A stretch of 58,918 nt of DNA, filler included, from a bacterium UBP13_UBA5359 (lineage in GTDB: Bacteria; UBP13; UBA5359): NCBI GenBank assembly GCA_002410925.1. It is 5 parts of 5 records of this genome, joined end to end, with 100 filler letters (N's around TTAATTAATTAA, not from the genome) between each part and the next. Parts side by side here need not be neighbours in the genome. Positions count along the whole stretch, not along the records: positions 23,861 to 38,805 come from DHPR01000003.1; positions 38,906 to 45,673 come from DHPR01000024.1; 3 more parts are not named here. One strand, 5' to 3'. Positions 29,542 to 40,298 of this stretch are shown here, in pieces; position 1 is the first letter of the stretch, and every line of letters begins with the position of its first letter. The position numbers and the translations under genes are program-made. The notes under the pieces are model-generated. The model saw nothing but the letters and a program-made list of their open reading frames with translations, did no database searches and was not told the origin of the DNA.

Positions 29542-30836
29542 GCGTTGTTGCTGAAACCGCCAATGGAGCTGTAGCTGAGGCCATACGCCAGATAGAGCCG
29601 CATGTAGTGGCAGCTTACCCCATAACACCGCAAACGGAGGTGGTGGAGGAATTTGCCGGGTATGTCAGTGACGGCCGGGTTCGTACCATGTTCATTCCGG
29701 TGGAGAGCGAACACTCCGCCATGAGCGTCTGTGTCGGGGCTTCAGCTGCCGGTGCCAGGGTGATCACCGCCACTTCCTCCCAGGGGCTGGCCTATATGTG
29801 GGAGATGCTCTATATCGCTTCCGGCAATCGCCTGCCCATCGTTATGGCCCTGGTGAATAGAGCTCTGAGCGCTCCTATAAATATTCACTGTGACCACAGC
29901 GATAGTATGGGTGCCAGAGACNNNNNNNNNNNNNNNNNNNNNNNNNNNNNNNNNNNNNNNNNNNNNNNNNNNNNNNNNNNNNNNNNNNNNNNNNNNNNNN
30001 NNNNNNNNNNNNNNAGCGATAGTATGGGTGCCAGAGACTCCGGCTGGATACAGATTTATTGCCGTGATGCTCAGGAGGCCTACGATACTTTCATACAAGC
30101 TTTACCAATCGCCGAGCATGAAGATGTCCGCTTGCCGATTATGGTCTGTTACGATGGCTTTATTGTCAGTCACTCTCTGGCCAGGATAGAGATGATGACG
30201 GATGAAACGGTCAGAGATTTTATCGGCCCTTACAAGGCTGTACATCCGTTGCTTGATCGTGACCACCCTGTCATCTATGGCCCGCTGGTGCTGTATGATT
30301 ACTATATGGAGTTCAAACGGCAGCAGGCGGAGGCTATGAACCGGGCTTTGGAGGTAGTCTTTGAGATAGGAAAACGTTTTGGTGAGGCCAGCGGCAGAAG
30401 CTATGGTCTGATAGACAGCTACCGCATGGAAGATGCTGATATAGCTTTGGCGGCGCTCTCCTCCACAGCCCGTACAGCCGAAGTTATAGCCGATGAACTT
30501 CGCGATCAGGGTATTCGCGCCGGAGTGATCACTCCTCGGGTTTTCCGGCCATTTCCGGCTAAGGCTTTGCTTCAGGCATTGGGTGGCATAAAGGCGCTTG
30601 GAGTGCTTGATCGGGCTGATTCCATCGGAGCCGGCATGGCGCCACTGGCAGCCGACATAGGGGCGGCTCTTCAATCGGCCGGGAGCGATATCAGGCTCTA
30701 TAACCGTGTCTACGGGCTGGGCGGCAGAGATTTGACCCTGAGCGATTTCAAGAGCTTTTTTCTATCCCTGGAGCGTGCCGGACGAGGGGAGGAAATGCCG
30801 GCTCATTTTGGTTATCTTGGTGTAAGGGGGAATTAA
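29538..30836 (+). CDS. porA: pyruvate/2-oxoacid:ferredoxin oxidoreductase alpha subunit (contains a spurious N gap)
   Basis: [48 protein letters not shown]. Confidence 0.93.
   Translation: MSVVAETANGAVAEAIRQIEPHVVAAYPITPQTEVVEEFAGYVSDGRVRTMFIPVESEHSAMSVCVGASAAGARVITATSSQGLAYMWEMLYIASGNRLPIVMALVNRALSAPINIHCDHSDSMGARDXXXXXXXXXXXXXXXXXXXXXXXXXXXXXXXSDSMGARDSGWIQIYCRDAQEAYDTFIQALPIAEHEDVRLPIMVCYDGFIVSHSLARIEMMTDETVRDFIGPYKAVHPLLDRDHPVIYGPLVLYDYYMEFKRQQAEAMNRALEVVFEIGKRFGEASGRSYGLIDSYRMEDADIALAALSSTARTAEVIADELRDQGIRAGVITPRVFRPFPAKALLQALGGIKALGVLDRADSIGAGMAPLAADIGAALQSAGSDIRLYNRVYGLGGRDLTLSDFKSFFLSLERAGRGEEMPAHFGYLGVRGN
29922..30014. other. spurious scaffold gap
   Basis: 24 bp at 29898-29921 are repeated at 30015-30038; collapsing them keeps the frame. 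Confidence 0.9.
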
Positions 30837-30839
30837 TCT

Positions 30840-31763
30840 ATGGCGATCAAACTGAAAGAGATATCCAAGAAGAAGCCGCTCTTTACCGGTGGCCATCGTC
30901 TGTGTGCGGGCTGCGGAGCGGCCGTTATCGCACGCCAGGTCATGAATATGGTGGATGAGCCGGTGATCATAGGTAACGGCACTGGATGCCTGGAGGTTAC
31001 TACGTCTATCTATCCTTTCAGCAGTTGGAATGTTTCTTGGATACATAGCGCCTTTCCCAATACTGCCTCTACCATAGCCGGAGTGGAATCTGCCTGGAGG
31101 GCACTTCGTGATTTTGAAGAGATGAAAGATAATTATCGTTTTATTGCTTTTGCCGGTGATGGGGGTACTTACGATATTGGGCTACAGGCTCTATCCGGGG
31201 CGATAGAGCGAGGCCATAGATTTCTATACATATGCTATAACAACCAGGCATATATGAACACCGGCTATCAGCGCTCCGGCGCTACTCCGGTATCCAGCTG
31301 GAGCAGCACTACTCCCGTAGGTGCGAAGCAGAAGGGGAAACCGGGGCGTAGCAAGGACCTGACCGCTATTATGGCTGCTCACAAAATACCGTATGTCGCT
31401 CAGGCATCACCTGGATTCTGGCACGATCTTATGCTTAAAGTGGAGCGGGCGCTGCAGATAGACGGACCGTCATTCATAAATGTCATCCAGCCCTGTGTTC
31501 CGGGGTGGGGCATTCTTCCTCGGGATTCCATGAGGCTGGCCAGGCTGGCTGTAGATACTTGCTACTGGCCTTTATACGAAATAACCGATGGGCAGGAGTG
31601 TACTATTAATTATCATCCCAAAGAGAGGTTGCCGCTGACGGAATTTCTCTCTCCCCAAAAGAGGTTCAAGCATTTGCTCAAGGATGAGAACAGGACGCTG
31701 TTGGAGCAGCTTCAGGCCGAAGTGGATACCGATTGGGAGATGCTTAGGGGCAGTCTCAGATGA
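30840..31763 (+). CDS. porB: pyruvate/2-oxoacid:ferredoxin oxidoreductase beta subunit
   Basis: GHRLCAGCG, TGCLEV, GDGGTYDIG TPP motif, YMNTG.QRS. Confidence 0.93.
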   Translation: MAIKLKEISKKKPLFTGGHRLCAGCGAAVIARQVMNMVDEPVIIGNGTGCLEVTTSIYPFSSWNVSWIHSAFPNTASTIAGVESAWRALRDFEEMKDNYRFIAFAGDGGTYDIGLQALSGAIERGHRFLYICYNNQAYMNTGYQRSGATPVSSWSSTTPVGAKQKGKPGRSKDLTAIMAAHKIPYVAQASPGFWHDLMLKVERALQIDGPSFINVIQPCVPGWGILPRDSMRLARLAVDTCYWPLYEITDGQECTINYHPKERLPLTEFLSPQKRFKHLLKDENRTLLEQLQAEVDTDWEMLRGSLR

Positions 31764-31929
31764 AGCCGGCGCTTCATTTATGGATGCTCAAGCGCTCGGA
31801 GTAGGATATAGCGGTGCCATGGCGAATATTATATTATAGGCCTGATACCTTAACATATTAATAGCGGCTGAATTAAAATGTAGGAATCTGGCTGGTGGAT
31901 TCCGCATTCGTGGCGGGAGAAAGCGGATA

Positions 31930-33981
31930 GTGTTTTCTTACTGTTTTTCAGACCTGGTGGATTTGGAGCGTCTGAAAGAGTTACTGGAGAGTTTTAGCGT
32001 TATTGCCGGTGTGGCGGTAGCAATCTTTGATCCCGATGACAAGACACTGATTGCAGCTGGTTGGCAGGAGATATGTACCCGGTTTCATAGAGCCTCTCCT
32101 CTAACCGCTGTTCGTTGCCAGGAGAGCGATGCTCGAATCAAGGAAAAATCGTACACCGATATCGGCACGGGCTACCGATGTTCGAATGGTCTCTTTGACT
32201 ATGCCTGTCCTATTATTATTGAGGGCACCCATCTGGCTACTCTTTTTATCGGTCAGTTTTTTTTGGAACCTCCGGATGAAGACTTTTTCAGGCAGCAAGC
32301 CAGGGAATGCGGTTTTAATGAGCAGGAATATATAAAGGCATTGCATAAAGTACCGGTTCTATCTGAAGATAATATAACAACCGTTCTTCGCTTTATCACC
32401 GGATTATCCAATATTTTGGTTCATATGGGGCTTGAGCGCCTAAAAAATCTCAAGGTTGCCGAAGAGGCTATTGTGACTGAAAAAGCTTTGCAGAAGAGCC
32501 GGGAGAGGTATCGTGCTTTTGTAGAATCTACTGTAGATATGGTCTTTCTCAAGGATGAAAACTTCAGATACACAATGGTTAATAAGAGTTTGGCGAATTT
32601 TTTCGATAGAAGAGAGGAGGAGATACTCGGCAGGGAGGATTATGATTTTATGCCGGCAGATGTTGCCGAGCTCTACCGTAAATCCGATTTGCGGGCTATC
32701 AGTGCAGGCTGTGTAGTTGTTGAGGAAGGAAATATAGGCAATAGATTTTTTGAAGCGAGAAAGTACCCGGTAATACTTGACAACGGGTGTATAGGCGTTG
32801 GCGGATATATTAGGGATGTGACGAAAAAAAGGCAGCTGGAAGAGCAGATGCTTCAGACTTCCAAGCTGGAATCTCTGGGTAAGCTGGCCGGCGGCGTTGC
32901 TCATGAATTCAACAATCTGCTTACCGGAATAATCGGTTATACTCAGTTGATAATGCAGAGTCGGGTGGTAGATGATTCGGCTCTGGCAGACCTTGATCAG
33001 GTTCTACAATTGGGCAATCGTGCTACAGAGCTGACCGGGCAACTTCTGGCTTTTGGTCGGAGCCAGGCGGTGTTGCCGAGGATAATCAACATCAACGATG
33101 CGGTGGAAAAGACGCTAAAGATGATAAAACATCTTATCGGTGAGGATATTACGCTGCAATTCAAACCGGATCCCGATCTTCACAGCGTTAAGATCGACCC
33201 CGGGCAGATAGAGCAGGTGCTGATGAATCTAGCCCTTAACTCGCGTGATGCCATGCCTGAAGGCGGTATTTTATCTATGGAAACAATGAATGTGATTTTG
33301 AATCAGGAGTTTGTGGTCAGGCATGCCGGCAGCCGGGAGGGCGAATATGTTATGTTGGCAGTGGCTGATAACGGCAGTGGTATGGACAGAGAAACGTTGG
33401 AGCATATATTTGATCCGTTTTTTACCACCAAAGAAGTGGGACGCGGAACCGGCCTGGGCTTGGCTATGGTTTACGGCATCGTCAAGCAGCATAACGGTTG
33501 CATTTACGCTAATAGTGTTTCAGGAAAGGGCACTCTTTTTCGGATATATCTCCCACAGGCCGATCAAGATGCCGAGATTATTGAAACGAATATCGTTAAA
33601 GCAGAATCACTTGCCGGTAACGAGACTATACTCTTGGTAGAGGATGAGGAGCATTTGCGCGTTCTGATAGAGCGTATACTGAGAGAGAAGGGATATAGCG
33701 TATATGCTGCAGCCTCTCCATCTGAGGCAGAGTCTTTATTTGTGAAGTACGCGGGTAGAATGGATCTTTTACTTACCGATATGATCATGCCGGAATGTGA
33801 CGGCCGTACTCTGTATAACAGGTTATCAGAGAAAATGGCTAGCCTTAAAGTACTCTTTATGTCCGGTTACGTGGCGGCAATTCCTGGCGGAACAGGGGAT
33901 AATTATATCCAGAAGCCCTTCATGCCGGAGGAATTATACCGCAAAATGAGAAATGTTCTGGATGGCTATCAGCAGGCTTGA
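31930..33981 (+). CDS. hybrid sensor histidine kinase (PocR - PAS - HisKA - HATPase - REC)
   Basis: PocR motifs [50 protein letters not shown]...DMIMP...KPF. Confidence 0.92.
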   Translation: MFSYCFSDLVDLERLKELLESFSVIAGVAVAIFDPDDKTLIAAGWQEICTRFHRASPLTAVRCQESDARIKEKSYTDIGTGYRCSNGLFDYACPIIIEGTHLATLFIGQFFLEPPDEDFFRQQARECGFNEQEYIKALHKVPVLSEDNITTVLRFITGLSNILVHMGLERLKNLKVAEEAIVTEKALQKSRERYRAFVESTVDMVFLKDENFRYTMVNKSLANFFDRREEEILGREDYDFMPADVAELYRKSDLRAISAGCVVVEEGNIGNRFFEARKYPVILDNGCIGVGGYIRDVTKKRQLEEQMLQTSKLESLGKLAGGVAHEFNNLLTGIIGYTQLIMQSRVVDDSALADLDQVLQLGNRATELTGQLLAFGRSQAVLPRIININDAVEKTLKMIKHLIGEDITLQFKPDPDLHSVKIDPGQIEQVLMNLALNSRDAMPEGGILSMETMNVILNQEFVVRHAGSREGEYVMLAVADNGSGMDRETLEHIFDPFFTTKEVGRGTGLGLAMVYGIVKQHNGCIYANSVSGKGTLFRIYLPQADQDAEIIETNIVKAESLAGNETILLVEDEEHLRVLIERILREKGYSVYAAASPSEAESLFVKYAGRMDLLLTDMIMPECDGRTLYNRLSEKMASLKVLFMSGYVAAIPGGTGDNYIQKPFMPEELYRKMRNVLDGYQQA

Positions 33982-34071
33982 CACCCTTTTCATATCAGGA
34001 ATGCTTTGTGCAGCCATATCCGCAAAGGCTGTTATGATATTGCCTGCAACGGCAAATAGAGGTGGCTGCCA

Positions 34072-35475
34072 ATGCTTTTTCAACGTATCGAATCCGAGGG
34101 GCTGGCACATTATTCATATATTGTGGGCGATCATAACGAAGCATTCGTTATTGATCCGCGACGCGATGTCGACGTTTATTTGGAAACGGCATCTCATAAC
34201 GGATACAGAATAAGATATGTGCTTGAAACTCACAGACATGAAGATTTCGTAACCGGCTCACTTGAATTGGCAGTACAGGCAGAAGCCGAATTATGGCATG
34301 CGGACACTCAATGGGATTACCGTTTTGGCCAAGGTGTTCGTGATGGGCAAACTTGGGAAGTGGGCAGGCTCAGGCTGCAGGCTATACATGCGCCGGGGCA
34401 TACTCCGGGATTGATGTGTTACCTGCTTTATGATTCAGAGGGGGTTCCATGGATTCTCTTTAGCGGTGATGTGCTCTTTGCCGGTGATGTCGGACGCATG
34501 GATCTGATGGGGCTTGAACGATTACCGGAAATGGCGGGGCTGATGTATGATACGCTCTTTAACCGTATCCTGCAATTGGATGATGGTACTATCATCTGCC
34601 CTGCTCACGGATTCGGTTCTATCTGTGGTGCATCTATTGTCGATCGGCCATGGACCACTATAGGTCTGGAGCGTAAATATAACCCTCGCTTGCATTATAC
34701 CGATAGGTCTGCCTTTATTGCTGCCGCTCAATTGTTGGAACGGCCGCCTTATTTTAATCGGATGGAGAGCCTCAATACGGAGGGCCCTCCGCTGCTGGGA
34801 ACGCTGCCGGCGCCTGTGCCGCTCATGCCGGATAGTTTTGCTGCCAGAAGAGATCACGGTTTTCTACTGGATACCAGAATGGAGCTGGGGTTTGGTGCAG
34901 CTCACATTCCCGGAGCACTATCAATATGGCTTAAGGGGCTGCCGGTTTTCGCCGGGTGGTTTGTTCCATATGAGAGGCCTATTCTGATGATTAATGAAAG
35001 AGATGATGATGCTGAGAGAGCAGTAAGGTATCTTATCAGGCTCGGTTACGATAATATAGAGGCTCGGCTTGCAGGCGATATGCTTGCCTGGCATAAATCC
35101 GGTCGTGAAAGTCAGACCGTGGCGATGGTAAAAGTTCAGGATCTTTGTCGACGTCTTGATGCCGATGAGCATATCTGGATACTGGATGTGCGCAGTCAGG
35201 AGGAGCTGGATGAGGAGGGCAGTATTCCCGGTGCGCATCATATCCCCATCACACATATTCTCGATCATATAGATGAAATACCGAAGGATAGAAGCGCCTA
35301 TGTCATCTGTAGCAGCGGGTTATGTTCAATGATTATTATCAGTTTATTGCAGGACAAAGGGTGGAATAATTTAGTTGAGGTCCTTGGCGGCGTAGCCGGA
35401 TGGCGCTCCAAGTCTTGCGATATGGGGGCCAACTCTTTACACTTGGCAAAACATTCAATGAAACAAACGAAATAG
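34072..35475 (+). CDS. MBL-fold hydrolase/persulfide dioxygenase with tandem rhodanese domains
   Basis: ETHRHEDF, PGHTP, GDVLFAGDVGR, PAHG.GSICG, LDVR..EE, CSSG. Confidence 0.88.
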   Translation: MLFQRIESEGLAHYSYIVGDHNEAFVIDPRRDVDVYLETASHNGYRIRYVLETHRHEDFVTGSLELAVQAEAELWHADTQWDYRFGQGVRDGQTWEVGRLRLQAIHAPGHTPGLMCYLLYDSEGVPWILFSGDVLFAGDVGRMDLMGLERLPEMAGLMYDTLFNRILQLDDGTIICPAHGFGSICGASIVDRPWTTIGLERKYNPRLHYTDRSAFIAAAQLLERPPYFNRMESLNTEGPPLLGTLPAPVPLMPDSFAARRDHGFLLDTRMELGFGAAHIPGALSIWLKGLPVFAGWFVPYERPILMINERDDDAERAVRYLIRLGYDNIEARLAGDMLAWHKSGRESQTVAMVKVQDLCRRLDADEHIWILDVRSQEELDEEGSIPGAHHIPITHILDHIDEIPKDRSAYVICSSGLCSMIIISLLQDKGWNNLVEVLGGVAGWRSKSCDMGANSLHLAKHSMKQTK

Positions 35476-35586
35476 GATCAGAAGGTTACATTAAACATTT
35501 TTCCCGGTTATGTCGCCGCATCCGCTCCCGGATTTGGAAGGCTTCTTCTGATTGACCGGATTCTTTTTCCGTGATAGCCTAAATAT

Positions 35587-36795
35587 GTGAAGACTATTTT
35601 AAGGCATATACCATCGTTGCCCGTGCTCAAAAAATGGACCCGGCTTCTTTGCATTTCCATTTCTTTATATCTCTCTGTTTTGCTCATCTTTCTCCGTCCG
35701 GCAACTCTCTTTTCGTTTCCGTATGTTCAGAGTGTTGCCGCTTCGGCAGCGGCTGGAACGCAGCGGCCGGAAGCTGCCGGTAGAGGAACTGCCGAAGATA
35801 CTCAGGTGGGAAAACGTGCTGCCGAAGAAGTAGAAAAGGCTTTCAAGATAGTCAAAGACCCTGATATGCAATCACGCCTTGAAGAGATAGGTAACCGTCT
35901 GGTAAAGGCTACAGGAGATAAACGCTTTGAATTTCATTTCAAAATCCTTGAAGAGAGAGCTGGAGCCAATGCCTTTGCTCTTCCCGGAGGCTTTATCTAT
36001 GTCGGTGTTTCTCTCATGCATCGGCTGCGTACAGACCATGAGTTAGCCGGAGTATTAGGTCATGAGATTGCCCACGTAGTTCTAAGGCACGGAAGGAAGC
36101 AACAGGAGCAGGGAGCCAAATATAGTTGGTATGCTCTGGCGGCGCTTATTCTGACCCAGGATACACGGGTAGCTGCTATGAGCACTCTTCTGCTGATGGA
36201 TAAATTAAGCACCTACAGCGTTGAAATGGAAAAGGAAGCTGATCGAGCAGCAATAGGATATGTAATATCTGCCGGTTATGATCCCGTTGGGTTGTTGACC
36301 TTTCTTGAACATCTCTCCAAAAGCGCTACAGGTCTGGTGGATAATATGGGTGTTTACCAGACCCATCCCTATTCTGATGAACGCATAGCCCTTGTCAGGC
36401 AGGAATTGGAGGCGCGTTCAATTCCTCTTACCTGGCGGCAGGCCAGCGGTAGATTCATTGTTAGCTGCAGAGCCTCTGCAGTTGGCGGAGCTGAGGTGCT
36501 GGTAGACGATAAAGCGGTCTTTCATCTGGCCGATATCGATGGCCAAGCCGCTATGCAACGGGCTGGCAGGATTGCTGCGCGCCTTAATGAGGAGCTGGAT
36601 AGATCCCCTCAGATACGCGATGTGGCAGTAGAAATGCAAGGTCTGAAAGCAATCATCTTGTTGAGAGGGCGGGAGTTGGCTATACTCAGCCAGCAAGATG
36701 CTATCCTGGCAGGCAAGGACCTGAAAGCTATAGTTGATACCGCAACCACATCACTGAAGGATATTATCTGGCGGATGATTCTGGACCGCTGGTAA
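35587..36795 (+). CDS. M48-family zinc metallopeptidase, exported (start uncertain)
   Basis: NAFALPGG, HEIAH, EKEAD, THP...RI; N-terminal hydrophobic segment. Confidence 0.88.
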   Translation: MKTILRHIPSLPVLKKWTRLLCISISLYLSVLLIFLRPATLFSFPYVQSVAASAAAGTQRPEAAGRGTAEDTQVGKRAAEEVEKAFKIVKDPDMQSRLEEIGNRLVKATGDKRFEFHFKILEERAGANAFALPGGFIYVGVSLMHRLRTDHELAGVLGHEIAHVVLRHGRKQQEQGAKYSWYALAALILTQDTRVAAMSTLLLMDKLSTYSVEMEKEADRAAIGYVISAGYDPVGLLTFLEHLSKSATGLVDNMGVYQTHPYSDERIALVRQELEARSIPLTWRQASGRFIVSCRASAVGGAEVLVDDKAVFHLADIDGQAAMQRAGRIAARLNEELDRSPQIRDVAVEMQGLKAIILLRGRELAILSQQDAILAGKDLKAIVDTATTSLKDIIWRMILDRW

Positions 36796-37891
36796 TGCTC
36801 TCCTCACCACTCCTTTTCAATGCCAGCAATGTCATATCGTCATAAAGCTTACCCCCGGAGAAGCTGAACAATTCATCTTTGATAGCCTCTACTATCATCT
36901 GTGCCGGGAGGTGAGCATTGGCTGCCAAAGAGGCGTAAAGGCGCTTGTTGCCGTATATCTCTCCGGCGTGGTTGCGGGCCTCAATGGCTCCATCCGTAAA
37001 CATAAGCAGGACATCTCCCGGTGCAAGGTAAAGTTCCTGCTTTATCGGGCTTATATCTCGTGTGACTCCCAGCACTATACCGCCTGCTGCAGGGGTACGA
37101 TAAACATTACCTGAAGCCGCTTTCCAGAGCAATGGCAGTTCATGCCCGCTGTTGGCATAGACCAATCTGCCCTCAAGAGGAAAAAGTATGCTATAAATGG
37201 CTGAGACAAACATCGATGGTGTTGTTGCCGACAGGATGACATCGTTGACAGCACGAAAGACTTCCTCAGGCATTACTCTGGCAACGGCACTGCCTCGTAT
37301 GGTATATTTGGTGAGAGCTACCAGCAGTGCTGCCGGCATGCCTTTGCCGGAAACATCGGCGATGCTGAGAGCCATGACATCCTCTCCGAGCGGAAAAACA
37401 TCGTAATAATCGCCTCCAACTGTTCGCGCATAAGCAATAAAGGCGCCTATATCATAACCTGGAGCAATCTCTATACGTTTTGGCAGCAGGCTCTGCTGTA
37501 CCTTGCGAGCCACCTGTAGCTCGCGTTCCAGAGCTGAAGCTTCCAGCATTCTCACCTCAGCCCGATTACGTTGATCGATAACTCTGCCAACGATCAAACC
37601 TAGAAGATTGAGCTCCAGAACCCCTAGATATTGCTCCACACGAAGGCTAAGTGTTTCTTGAACCAGAAGAGCGTACGGCAGGTAAAGCAGCGTTATGGTG
37701 AGAGAAGTCAGCAGGCCTCCGCTAAGGCCAAAAATGACGGCTGCCAGCACGACCGGTATAAAATACAGAGTGCGTATTATCTCCAGGCGCAGCTGTAATC
37801 CCAGGGCAAAGTAGTAATGTGCGAGGGTGACAAGGATTATCATCGCCACAATCAGGGTAAGCCAATTTTTTTTAGTTCGCGATATATTCAT
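36764..37891 (-). CDS. membrane-bound PP2C/SpoIIE-family (RsbU-like) phosphatase
   Basis: N-terminal TM helices; VGGDYYD, ADVSGKG, NSGH, TDG, DDMT. Confidence 0.9.
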   Translation of the reverse strand: MNISRTKKNWLTLIVAMIILVTLAHYYFALGLQLRLEIIRTLYFIPVVLAAVIFGLSGGLLTSLTITLLYLPYALLVQETLSLRVEQYLGVLELNLLGLIVGRVIDQRNRAEVRMLEASALERELQVARKVQQSLLPKRIEIAPGYDIGAFIAYARTVGGDYYDVFPLGEDVMALSIADVSGKGMPAALLVALTKYTIRGSAVARVMPEEVFRAVNDVILSATTPSMFVSAIYSILFPLEGRLVYANSGHELPLLWKAASGNVYRTPAAGGIVLGVTRDISPIKQELYLAPGDVLLMFTDGAIEARNHAGEIYGNKRLYASLAANAHLPAQMIVEAIKDELFSFSGGKLYDDMTLLALKRSGEESITSGPESSAR

Positions 37892-38262
37892 AGCAGGTTC
37901 GCTTTCTGGTTATCTATAAAGATATCTGAAGATGAGCAGCTTCATCCCCGTGTCGCCAGAAGGCCAGTGCTTCGCTCTCTTCAATAATTATCCGGCCTAT
38001 AAATGCATCGACCAAGGGACATATCAACCCTCCGAAGATTATGGTAATATGTACACTGCTTTCTAGTATTATGTTCTCCTGGCTCGAGCCTTAAACATTT
38101 TGCAAATTTAGGCGCTTCTCACATCAAATAACCGCCGCAGGCAATCGAAGCAATCGGCAGACTTTATGCAGTCAAGCCCGAATATAAGCAGCAAAGAAAA
38201 CGCCGCTGCCAAGTAAGCTTTATATGCAACCTTAATTGAACAAAGATTCGAGAGGAGCTCAA

Positions 38263-38805
38263 ATGTCGTTGACGGACAGGATGCGCTTGTGTGCAGGTAT
38301 TGCTGCAGGCAAGGGTGCCGCTGGATTGTGTCGCCTTCTGAAAGCCGGCGGTGGCACAAACTGGCCGGGAAAGATTTCTCTGGCTATTTATCCGGAGATA
38401 CTATCCTGGCTGAGCCGGGAATTTCGTCTGGGAAGTATAATGGTAACAGGCACCAACGGCAAGACTACGGCCGCAAAAATGCTGGTACATATTCTCTCCG
38501 GATTGGGTTGGAAGATCAGCAGTAACTTTACCGGTGCAAATCTGTTAGCCGGCGTAACTGCGGCCGTTGTCAGAGATGCCGGTCTAACCGGCCGAATAAG
38601 ATCTGATCTGGCTCTGCTGGAAGCGGATGAAGCCAGTGTTCCCAGATTGTCATCAGATATCAGGCCTCATGCGATAATTGTTACTAATATTTTCAGTGAC
38701 CAACTTGATCGCTACGGAGAGCTGAATAATACGGCCGCTCTCATAGGCAGAGGACTGGCGCAACTGGAAAGAGATGATTATGCCTTTCTCAACGCTGATG
38801 ATCCT
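38263..38805 (+). CDS. murT: MurT-type Mur ligase (lipid II amidation), 3' partial
   Basis: GGTNWPG, VTGTNGKTT, N.TGANL..G, EADE, NIFSDQLDRYGE, NADDP. Confidence 0.8.
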
Positions 38806-38905
38806 NNNNNNNNNNNNNNNNNNNNNNNNNNNNNNNNNNNNNNNNNNNNTTAATTAATTAANNNNNNNNNNNNNNNNNNNNNNNNNNNNNNNNNNNNNNN
38901 NNNNN
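38806..38905. other. artificial contig linker
   Basis: N-run with TTAATTAATTAA at 38850-38861. Confidence 0.98.
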
Positions 38906-38906
38906 T

Positions 38907-39005
38907 GAAGACCTTCTTTGCCATCCGGGCCTGCTGAAGCAGACTGAGAAGGTTATCGGCCACAGGATAGAGAATATTCTTCGTAAGGCTTTCGGATATA
39001 TTTAG
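38907..39005 (+). CDS. possible 3' end of an unidentified gene
   Basis: Open frame from the contig start: EDLLCHPGLLKQTEKVIGHRIENILRKAFGYI-stop. Confidence 0.35.
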   Translation, partial: EDLLCHPGLLKQTEKVIGHRIENILRKAFGYI

Positions 39006-39023
39006 TATACATAATGTATACTA
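39003..39023. promoter_or_regulatory. candidate operator palindrome upstream of the araC-like gene
   Basis: TAGTATACAT-A-ATGTATACTA, perfect 10-bp arms. Confidence 0.5.
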
Positions 39024-39039
39024 TTTCTAGGATGTTACT

Positions 39040-39879
39040 ATGTCTGAAGGGTATACTGCGCCAATCCACGAATCTATCGATATGCTGCCCGGTGAACCTC
39101 CTGTAATCGTTTCGAAAACAAAGTGGGTACACAAGAGTTCCTCTCTGAAATACCACCGGGAAGTGGAATTGCAATTTATAAGACAAGGGCAGGGCTCTTA
39201 CTTTATTCAAGACAGGAATTATGTCTTTAAAAAGAACTCGTTGATTATGATTTGGCCTTATGAAGTGCATTGTTTGGTATCGCATCTCGATTTATGGATC
39301 GATAAATGGCTTGTTCTTCTGCCGGAGACCTTACTTAACGAGGAAGGGTTGAAAGATTTTCCCCGTCATATCTGTCTGGCGGAGCGTGATGCTGTAGATC
39401 TGGAAGTGATTCTCAAAAGTATTGACGATGAAGGAAAAGATCGCCGGCCATTCTGGCAAGATATAGTAAAAGCAGATCTCAAAAAACTCACTTGTTTTTT
39501 GAGAAGGTGTAATGTTCAAGCTGCTGATGAGTTGCCTGAACCGGGGAATCAGTTAATAAAAGAAATTGTGGAATATATCGAAGCGAACTTTGCTCAGGAC
39601 CTTACTCTTAAAGCTTTATCCAACAAGTTCTCTCTGTCTCCTACGTATCTGTCATATCTTTTCAAAAAAAACATCGGCTTGAATTTTAAGCGTTATCTAA
39701 TCCAAAGACGTATTATTGAAGCCAAACAGTTGCTGGAGAACGATCCCTTGCTTAAGATAGCCTCGATACCGGAGATCGTAGGATTTCGCGATTTTCCCAT
39801 TTTTTATCGGAATTTCAAATTGATTGCCGGACTTACCCCTTCCGCTTATCGTAAGATTATGTATAGACATGATAAGTAA
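39040..39879 (+). CDS. AraC-family transcriptional regulator (cupin sensor)
   Basis: YH.EVEL.FI..G.G, P.EVH; C-terminal YLSYLFKK..G..F..YL...RI..AK.LL, VGF, G.TPSAYR. Confidence 0.92.
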   Translation: MSEGYTAPIHESIDMLPGEPPVIVSKTKWVHKSSSLKYHREVELQFIRQGQGSYFIQDRNYVFKKNSLIMIWPYEVHCLVSHLDLWIDKWLVLLPETLLNEEGLKDFPRHICLAERDAVDLEVILKSIDDEGKDRRPFWQDIVKADLKKLTCFLRRCNVQAADELPEPGNQLIKEIVEYIEANFAQDLTLKALSNKFSLSPTYLSYLFKKNIGLNFKRYLIQRRIIEAKQLLENDPLLKIASIPEIVGFRDFPIFYRNFKLIAGLTPSAYRKIMYRHDK

Positions 39880-39918
39880 TAGTATTGTTTGCTGCCGGCG
39901 ACCACGGTAATATTAAGC

Positions 39919-39941
39919 AAGCGAATATGGTATATTCGCTT
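39919..39941. promoter_or_regulatory. inverted repeat upstream of the pilin-like gene (operator or hairpin)
   Basis: AAGCGAATAT-ggt-ATATTCGCTT. Confidence 0.4.
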
Positions 39942-40040
39942 ATGCATTCTTTCAGCCGGTATTTTAAATAGGTGATTATAATAGCAAATTAAACTTATAG
40001 TGCCTTTATTCGACAGTATTAGACAGGAGGTAATACCAAG

Positions 40041-40298
40041 ATGTTGAATTTGCGAAAATATTCACGGGAGTTAAATGGGTTTACGCTTATTGAACTTTTG
40101 GTTACCATTGCTATAATAGCTTTGCTTGCATCTATATTGTTCCCTGTTTTCGGTAAGGCCAGGGAAAAGGCCAGACAGACCACATGTACCAATAACCTGA
40201 AACAGATATCAACGGCATTGATGCTCTATGCCCAGGACTGTGTACGGAGCCGGAATGAGTGCGGTTGCGGGGGATGTGAACGGAGACGGCAGGAATGA
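40041..40298 (+). pseudogene. truncated type IV prepilin-like (DUF1559-type) gene
   Basis: [44 protein letters not shown]...YAQD, then an off-frame tail; no H-X9-DG C-terminus. Confidence 0.8.

Noticed and set aside
29898-30038. 24-bp direct repeat around the N gap in porA
   Set aside because: Collapsing gives the contiguous conserved [15 protein letters not shown] sequence, so it is an assembly artefact
36764-36795. 32-nt 3' overlap of the convergent M48 peptidase and PP2C genes
   Set aside because: Short convergent overlaps are common and there is no further evidence of function
37892-38262. 370-nt divergent intergenic region, examined for small ORFs or an ncRNA
   Set aside because: Only short ORFs with poor start context and no convincing structure or known RNA motif
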